Source: an uncultured Verrucomicrobiae bacterium (lineage in GTDB: Bacteria; Verrucomicrobiota; Verrucomicrobiia; Opitutales; JABDGR01). From it: DNA of 64,000 bases. A program made the translations under genes and the position numbers. The stretch spans positions 1,435,936 through 1,499,935 of the forward strand of contig CAVXVB010000009.1 in the NCBI GenBank assembly GCA_963765205.1, read 5' to 3'. This document shows positions 58,397-64,000 of the stretch, one piece after another. The notes below the pieces were generated by a model. The model did no database searches, was not told the DNA's origin, and saw nothing but the letters and a program-made list of their open reading frames with translations. Position 1 is the first letter of the stretch; each line of letters begins with the position of its first letter.

Positions 58397-59151
58397 AAAG
58401 CAACTACATAGGTCCGGCTGTGGAAATTGATCGCGGCGTGCGCGCCATCACAAAAGGGCTTGTTCTGCGACGCGCCGCAGCGACATAAGGTCACGCGGTT
58501 GCGCCGTTCGTATTTAAACCCATCGGCACTAATCACCTGGATGCCGCCACGTAGCCAGATCGGCCCGGAACAATCCTTGGCGGGGTCTTCTATCAAGGAG
58601 ATGGACGGTTCGTATTTCGGTTCGATGGGCTGGCCCGTCGCGTTGTCCCACGCCACCAGCCGTCCCGAAGGGCAGTCGCAAGCCTCCTGCACAAAATCTT
58701 TCCGCGCCTGCGGGGCGTCGGTTTGGTTCACCAGATTCCAAATCCGGCCCTTCGGATCGCAGAAACGCGCAAAGGCACACAGACTGTCCGCATCCGTCAA
58801 CGACATCGCGGGTCCTTTCATTACGTTGGCCTGTTTGAGATAATCCTCACGGCTCGCGTTTTCGGTGCCGTCAAAGGCGGCTTTCGCGTGCGCGCCATCG
58901 CAAAACGGCTTGTTCGCGCTCTGTCCGCAGCGACACAATGCGTATTTCTCCTGCGCCGGGAATTTTGCACCCTTTTCCCATTTGACGGAATCGCCTTCCT
59001 GGTTGGTGCCGATGATTTCTGTGGCCAGAGGCAGGTTCCCCGAAACCAAGTAGGGACCGTCTTTCGTGATCTCAACCGTGGGTGCTGCGGGTGTCGTTTT
59101 ATTCTTGGGAGACGGGTTGTTAATAGCAGGCCGGTTGAAAGCGTGCCGCAT
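58393..59151 (-). CDS. CDGSH iron-sulfur domain protein
   Basis: Two [15 protein letters not shown] motifs plus CAFARFC...CPSG. Confidence 0.9.
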   Translation of the reverse strand: MRHAFNRPAINNPSPKNKTTPAAPTVEITKDGPYLVSGNLPLATEIIGTNQEGDSVKWEKGAKFPAQEKYALCRCGQSANKPFCDGAHAKAAFDGTENASREDYLKQANVMKGPAMSLTDADSLCAFARFCDPKGRIWNLVNQTDAPQARKDFVQEACDCPSGRLVAWDNATGQPIEPKYEPSISLIEDPAKDCSGPIWLRGGIQVISADGFKYERRNRVTLCRCGASQNKPFCDGAHAAINFHSRTYVVAF

Positions 59152-59295
59152 CTGCCGAGTCTTTACAATTGGAAAAACGCGGCCAACAAAATTATGGCCA
59201 CCTTGGATCGGGCGTTGTTTTTATTGAAAGAGGCGTGGACACTCCCCCACCCAGCGCCCTGGCAGCCCCCAAAAAGCAAATTTCCATCAAGTCAA

Positions 59296-59886
59296 TTACT
59301 CATCGTTTAACCCCTTGCCCTTGAGAATTTGCGGCGTGCATTTTTCAATCCTTGTCTCCCGGGTCTTGGATTGTTTGGCCGCCGAAAAATAAAAAAGGTA
59401 GCCCCGCTGCCGTCCCGGCGTCAGCGCGGCAAAAGCGGTTTTCAAGGCCGGGCTTTCCTTGAATTTATTTTTCAATTCCTCGGGAACCTTGAACTCCGCG
59501 GTCGTTTTTAATTTCACCTTCAAGCCGGCTTTTTCCACCGCCACGGCTTCCTGGACATAGGCTTTCAAGACGGGCGCCAACTCCGCTATTTCCCGAACAT
59601 TGGCAAAGCGAATCTGCCGCGCCGACTGCACATGCTCCGTTTGCTGGATGAGAACTATATGCGTGTCCTTCAATAACGCGCCCTTGAAAAACAGCAGCGC
59701 GCAGTATTCCTTGAAACAATGGATTAAAACGATGTTGCTGCCCTGCGACGTGTAACAAGGCCAGCCCCATTTCAATTCTTCGGTCAGCCCGCAGCCCAGC
59801 ATGATCCGGCGTAATTGCTCCACTGCTTCCCGCCACTTTTCGGCTCGACTTAGGCATGCATCAACCTTTGGATTCGTTCGATTCAT
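59296..59886 (-). CDS. YdeI/OmpD-associated (DUF1801) family protein
   Basis: EELKWGWPCY, FFKGALLKD, LTPGRQRGY, AKQSKTR. Confidence 0.9.
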   Translation of the reverse strand: MNRTNPKVDACLSRAEKWREAVEQLRRIMLGCGLTEELKWGWPCYTSQGSNIVLIHCFKEYCALLFFKGALLKDTHIVLIQQTEHVQSARQIRFANVREIAELAPVLKAYVQEAVAVEKAGLKVKLKTTAEFKVPEELKNKFKESPALKTAFAALTPGRQRGYLFYFSAAKQSKTRETRIEKCTPQILKGKGLNDE

Positions 59887-59954
59887 TTATTGTTACTTTA
59901 ACCCCCGCCCGCTCAGCCAAGTCAACCCTCAAAAAGGCAATTTCCCCTCGGCTT

Positions 59955-60542
59955 ATGAAACCGGCCAAGCCGCCAGCAAACCCGCCCACGATTCGCTTCA
60001 GCGCCGAGTTGGTCCGGCCTGCGGCAACCGCCAAGAATGGGTCGGGGACCCTGCTCACCCTGCCCAAAAGCGCGAGTGCAAAGCTGCCGTCGCGCGGCCT
60101 GACGACGGTGGAGGGAACGATCAACGGCTTTCCGTTTCGAGCCGCCCTCGAGCCCGACGGCCAGGGCAGTCACTTTCTTAAGGTTAACCAAGCCCTGCAC
60201 GCTGCCGCCGACGCCGACGCGGGCGACCCGGTCACGGTGGAGATCACGCGCGCCGGAGATGAACCGGCGACCAGGATGCCCGAGGATTTGCGCCAAGCCC
60301 TGGCCGCCGCCCCGCGCGCGCAGGCCCTGTGGACGGATATCACACCCAACGCGCGCCAGAACTGGATTCTCTGGCTCAGCTCCGGCAAGCTCCCGGAAAC
60401 GCGCAAAATCCGGATCGAAAAAGCCTGCTCGATGCTCGCCGCGGGCAAACGGCGCGTCTGTTGTTTTGGCGGATTAAGCTGGCTGCGAAAAGACCACCCC
60501 ACCGCCGGTGAAAGCTGGGCGCATTTGCCGAACTCAAAGTAA
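59955..60542 (+). CDS. DUF1905 + YdeI/OmpD-associated protein
   Basis: VEGTINGFPF.AALEPDGQGSH, PEDL..AL, ETRKIRIEKACSML. Confidence 0.8.
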   Translation: MKPAKPPANPPTIRFSAELVRPAATAKNGSGTLLTLPKSASAKLPSRGLTTVEGTINGFPFRAALEPDGQGSHFLKVNQALHAAADADAGDPVTVEITRAGDEPATRMPEDLRQALAAAPRAQALWTDITPNARQNWILWLSSGKLPETRKIRIEKACSMLAAGKRRVCCFGGLSWLRKDHPTAGESWAHLPNSK

Positions 60543-60544
60543 GA

Positions 60545-60937
60545 TTATTCAGCAAAAGCATATTCCTTATACGCTTTCATGTCGTAGCGGAGCGCAGCTA
60601 GTATCACTGAGCGTTTTGTAAACATCTTTGCTTTTAATTCGGGCTTGGCCTTAAAAAGACCATCTATGTCGATAATTGAGGCAACTTGGTCAACCATTGC
60701 CCGCGCAAGTGCCGTTTCACTTGCATTTGTCGTAGCTTCTGGCTGTGACCGCGGTTTCGTCAATCCAGTGCAGTCCTCCCGCGATTTAGCAAGAGGCTCA
60801 AGAATGAAGGCCAGTGAGAGCATATCCCTTGCAGAATGTTTGACGCTGTAACTATAACTTGGCAGCATTCGAACTGAGACGGCATACGAATGTGCCATCA
60901 TATAGTGAAGCAGCCATTTTGCCAAATGCTCCCGCAA
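60545..60937 (-). CDS. Hypothetical protein or fragment (low GC)
   Basis: 130-aa ORF in an AT-richer patch; no recognised motif. Confidence 0.35.
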   Translation of the reverse strand: MREHLAKWLLHYMMAHSYAVSVRMLPSYSYSVKHSARDMLSLAFILEPLAKSREDCTGLTKPRSQPEATTNASETALARAMVDQVASIIDIDGLFKAKPELKAKMFTKRSVILAALRYDMKAYKEYAFAE

Positions 60938-61354
60938 AGATCGAGATTGATTACATCAAACGGCGCGAATTGAGACACATAATCTTCCCGATCAATCTTC
61001 GTCCTTTGGGACTCAATGATGCATCTCGCCTATGATCGTATTGAACCCCGCACGGGAAAATCCATGGTCAAGGCCGCCGCAGCCGCAAAATAAACTGATC
61101 ACTTCGAGAGACATAGATGTGGGGTATTCAAAATTTAAATTCCAAGGAAGGTGCCTCCTGCAGATCAAAAATACCGGGAGACTATTTGGGATGCAAGCAC
61201 AACGACAAAGCGCCGTTTACTTTATACCGGTGGATAGTACATGATTTCCTCGCGCACGAGAGGGGGTATGAGAATTCCGTTCTTGTTGGAATTAAGCAAC
61301 TTACACTATGATCGATGTTTGCCAAAAAATCATGCCTCCAGCTCCACCCTCGCC

Positions 61355-62596
61355 TCACGGCTTGGGCACACCCAGGCTGGCTTGCAGGATCGAAACCAGG
61401 TCGTCCGCGTCGTTCGGCTCGGGGTTGACCCAATGCGAGCCGAAAACGAGTTTGGGGACGGCGTCGCCGCCGGTGTCGCCGAAGAGCCGCACGGAGGTTT
61501 GCAGATACTGGGCGATCCAGGGGTCGGCCCGGGCGGCGGCAAACTTCGCCGAGCCGACTAATTCAACGGCTTTGGCCTGGGCGGCGTCGAGGCTGCGCGC
61601 GTGCCAGGGTTGGCCCGGCTCTGGCGAGAACATCCAGCGGTCGAAAGCCGGAAACGCCTCGCGGTCGGCCACCCAAACCGCCAGCGCAATTTTGGTCAGT
61701 TCGCAGGAGTCCTTGAACTCATCCACGTCGCGGGGGATATACGGGTTGCAGTGGGTGTTCAAGGGCGCCGGAAACACGGCAAACGCCAGCTTGCCGTCAT
61801 AGCGGCGAACCACCTCATCCAGCATAGAGTGCAATTTCTGGCAATGGGGGCATTCATAATCAAAGAGCAGGATGACGACGCGGGGGGCGTCCGGCGAACC
61901 GACCAGCGGCACGGTGTGGGGATCAAAAGCCGCCAGGTTATTTTCGTGCGACTCACCCCCGCGAAAAACGCCCGCAGGCGTGAAGACGACTTGGGCCGCC
62001 GCCAGAATGCCGGCCAGAAGCACGCCGTTAAGGGCCAGGCCGACTGCGGGCCAAGGGCCAATCACGCGCCGAGTGGAGACCGAGGAATCATCTCGGCTTG
62101 GCGCTGTGGAATTCGCAAGCGCGGCATCAGTGGCCTCGTCATCGGGTTGCCGGGGCGCCCGCCAGACCACCAACGCCGCCAACACCAGCCCGGTGATATG
62201 CGTGACCATGCAATAGGGGCAAAAGGCCCCGATGAACCATTTCTGCACGATAATGAACCACATGGCGCTGCCGGCGGCCGCCCCGACCAGCACCAACATC
62301 GCGCGCCACGCCAGCCGCCGGACCGGCGCCGCCGTGTCCGGCCCAATGGAAAGACTGGCGAACAGCATCGCCAGATACGCCCCCGCCGCCAGCCCGCTGA
62401 CCGGCAACACCCCCCCGACCGCCGACCACCGGCTGCCGAGCACTTGGTCGCACGGACTCCCGCCGCCGCAGCCGATCACCGACCCGCCCATCACATAATG
62501 CCAGCCCAGGTAGGAACTCAACGCCAGCGCCAGCGCGCTCAAACCCGTCAAGACCCAGCGCCACCAAGGCCAGGATTGGCGAAAAGGAGACCCCAT
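61355..62596 (-). CDS. VKOR family protein fused to a DsbA/thioredoxin domain
   Basis: CGGGSPCDQVLGSRWS, FCPYC, DYECPHC. Confidence 0.9.
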   Translation of the reverse strand: MGSPFRQSWPWWRWVLTGLSALALALSSYLGWHYVMGGSVIGCGGGSPCDQVLGSRWSAVGGVLPVSGLAAGAYLAMLFASLSIGPDTAAPVRRLAWRAMLVLVGAAAGSAMWFIIVQKWFIGAFCPYCMVTHITGLVLAALVVWRAPRQPDDEATDAALANSTAPSRDDSSVSTRRVIGPWPAVGLALNGVLLAGILAAAQVVFTPAGVFRGGESHENNLAAFDPHTVPLVGSPDAPRVVILLFDYECPHCQKLHSMLDEVVRRYDGKLAFAVFPAPLNTHCNPYIPRDVDEFKDSCELTKIALAVWVADREAFPAFDRWMFSPEPGQPWHARSLDAAQAKAVELVGSAKFAAARADPWIAQYLQTSVRLFGDTGGDAVPKLVFGSHWVNPEPNDADDLVSILQASLGVPKP

Positions 62597-62674
62597 GGGA
62601 GTTAGGGGAAGGATGGGAGTTAGGGGAGTTATGCGGGGCGTCGGCCAGCAACGCCCCTGCCGTTTGCGTCCACC

Positions 62675-64000
62675 CTAAACTCCTTGGTTTGGTGCACCGG
62701 GCGTGGCGGTTTGCAACTTGAAATCGGCGCAGTTGCTGTCGGTGTCGGCGCCGTCCGTGGTGCGGCTCGCGCTCCGGTTGGGCGCGCCGGCGGCTGGAGC
62801 CGTGCCCCCCCGCCGGCCACCCCGGCCACCCGCGGCGGGCGAAGCCACGAAGCAGCCGTTCTTCCCTGCTCCCGAGGCGGCCTGGTAACCCTTGGCGGCC
62901 CAAGGGTCAACGAGGCCGCCATAATTGAGACTGTCCACAACCAAGCCGGCGGCGTCGCGCAGCACCATGCTGCCGGCGTTGGCAAGGGCGGGGCCTCCGA
63001 ACCACTGGTTGGGCGCCGCCGCGCCTTGGTAGCCCTCGGTCGTGACCGCGGCGTCGCGCACAACCGCGTTGATCGCGTGGTCACCGGCCAAGGGGCTGTC
63101 GAGGGTGAGGCCGGCGCCGAGTGGCTGGATCGGCTCGTTGCTCGAATGGGCAAACGCCGTCGCCGGCTGGAAAGTGATCCCCGTTCCCCGGACGCTAAAG
63201 GGCAGGTTGTTCGCGTGGTTGAACTTCAGCGGCGCGGCCAGTTCGACCGTGCTCGGCGCGCCCCCACGGCCGCGGCCGCCGCCGACGGCCGGCGCGCTAA
63301 CGCCCGTGACCGTGACGGTCTCGATCCCGTGGCCAACGCTGTCAATATCCAACCGGATCGTGTCGCCCACCGAGATATTATTGGCGCTCATTACCCGGAT
63401 ACTGGTGTCGCCGGCGTTCGCGGCTGCCGCCAGCCTGGTTTGCGTGCCCGGCTTGCCGACTGCGGTCACCGTGACGACTTCGTATTGTTCCACCGTTCTG
63501 GCGACGGCGGGAGCAGCAGTGCCATAGCCGAGGCCGATTTTCTCGCCGACCTGAAAACCGGCCACACTCGTGACCGGCACGCTGGTCGAGCCAACAGGGA
63601 TTGTGATGGTCGGACCGTCGGGAAGCGGTTGCCACAGCGTCGTGCCGGCGGTGGCCGCCGTCCCGATATCGGTGATCTTGTGGGTTTCCACGCCGGAGCC
63701 GCTGTCAATTTCGATTGAATCGCCGACGTTCATGCCGTTCGTGCTGCGGACCTGGATGGTGGTGTCGCCCTTTTTCGAGGGGGCCGCCAGCCCGGAGTTG
63801 GCGAGGCCGAGCAGGTAGAAGCCGCTGGCCGCGAGCTTGGTCCCCGCCGGAATTTTCACGGAGGAAAAGATGGCCTGCTGGGTCGCGTGCTGGGTCAGCG
63901 TCCAGTTGGAGAGGTCAATCTCACTGGCCCCGGCGTTGTAAAGCTCGATGAACGAATTGGTCGCGTCGGCCGGGGTCGTGGAGCTGATGGCGAATTCATT
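62675..64000 (-). CDS. C-terminal part of a large protein with a lamin-tail domain, truncated by the window edge
   Basis: NEF...NSFIELYN...IDLSNWTL in frame to the window end; ends ATPGAPN. Confidence 0.75.
   Translation of the reverse strand, partial: NEFAISSTTPADATNSFIELYNAGASEIDLSNWTLTQHATQQAIFSSVKIPAGTKLAASGFYLLGLANSGLAAPSKKGDTTIQVRSTNGMNVGDSIEIDSGSGVETHKITDIGTAATAGTTLWQPLPDGPTITIPVGSTSVPVTSVAGFQVGEKIGLGYGTAAPAVARTVEQYEVVTVTAVGKPGTQTRLAAAANAGDTSIRVMSANNISVGDTIRLDIDSVGHGIETVTVTGVSAPAVGGGRGRGGAPSTVELAAPLKFNHANNLPFSVRGTGITFQPATAFAHSSNEPIQPLGAGLTLDSPLAGDHAINAVVRDAAVTTEGYQGAAAPNQWFGGPALANAGSMVLRDAAGLVVDSLNYGGLVDPWAAKGYQAASGAGKNGCFVASPAAGGRGGRRGGTAPAAGAPNRSASRTTDGADTDSNCADFKLQTATPGAPNQGV

Noticed and set aside
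60963..61050. Further comM-tail relics (ARIETHNL; AYDRI)
   Set aside because: Matches are too short and out of order to distinguish from chance.

Overview
High-GC bacterial chromosome segment; the gene set and intergenic heptamer repeats suggest a Verrucomicrobiota-like host (inference). Host genes at 1-13467 are xseA, an ECF sigma/anti-sigma locus, rpsT, 5-oxoprolinase, a heparinase II/III-like protein, a ferredoxin and the comM 5' half. A ~39.2 kb lower-GC integrative element (13468-52676) then splits comM at the NP|CPCG motif. Its ends map to the base: a shared TG crossover (13466-67 / 52675-76) centred in a perfect 12-bp inverted repeat. The main observation is that attP lies inside the large serine recombinase gene. 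In the integrated state the recombinase ends in an 8-aa tail read from antisense comM. In the reconstructed excised circle it is fused in frame to the tandem XRE-HTH ORF at the far end of the element (640 aa), so recombination would rewrite the enzyme's own C-terminus. Two decayed 'HTH + comM 3-prime' junctions nearby, plus a short comM-tail trace, suggest this layout recurs in related elements. Cargo includes two VirD4-like ATPases, a Replic_Relax relaxase, a primase, a nested tyrosine-recombinase/MazF module, a type I RM system and several nucleases. It also carries an ISG15-like Bil ubiquitination operon whose JAB deubiquitinase has a nonsense codon inside the JAMM motif, flanked by an Ntn-hydrolase-GrpB fusion and a papain-like protein. 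Right of the element are DUF2721, a doubly frameshifted PPi-PEPCK, CDGSH, two YdeI/OmpD genes, VKOR-DsbA and a lamin-tail-domain protein. All family assignments come from recognising motifs by eye; no database searches were run.
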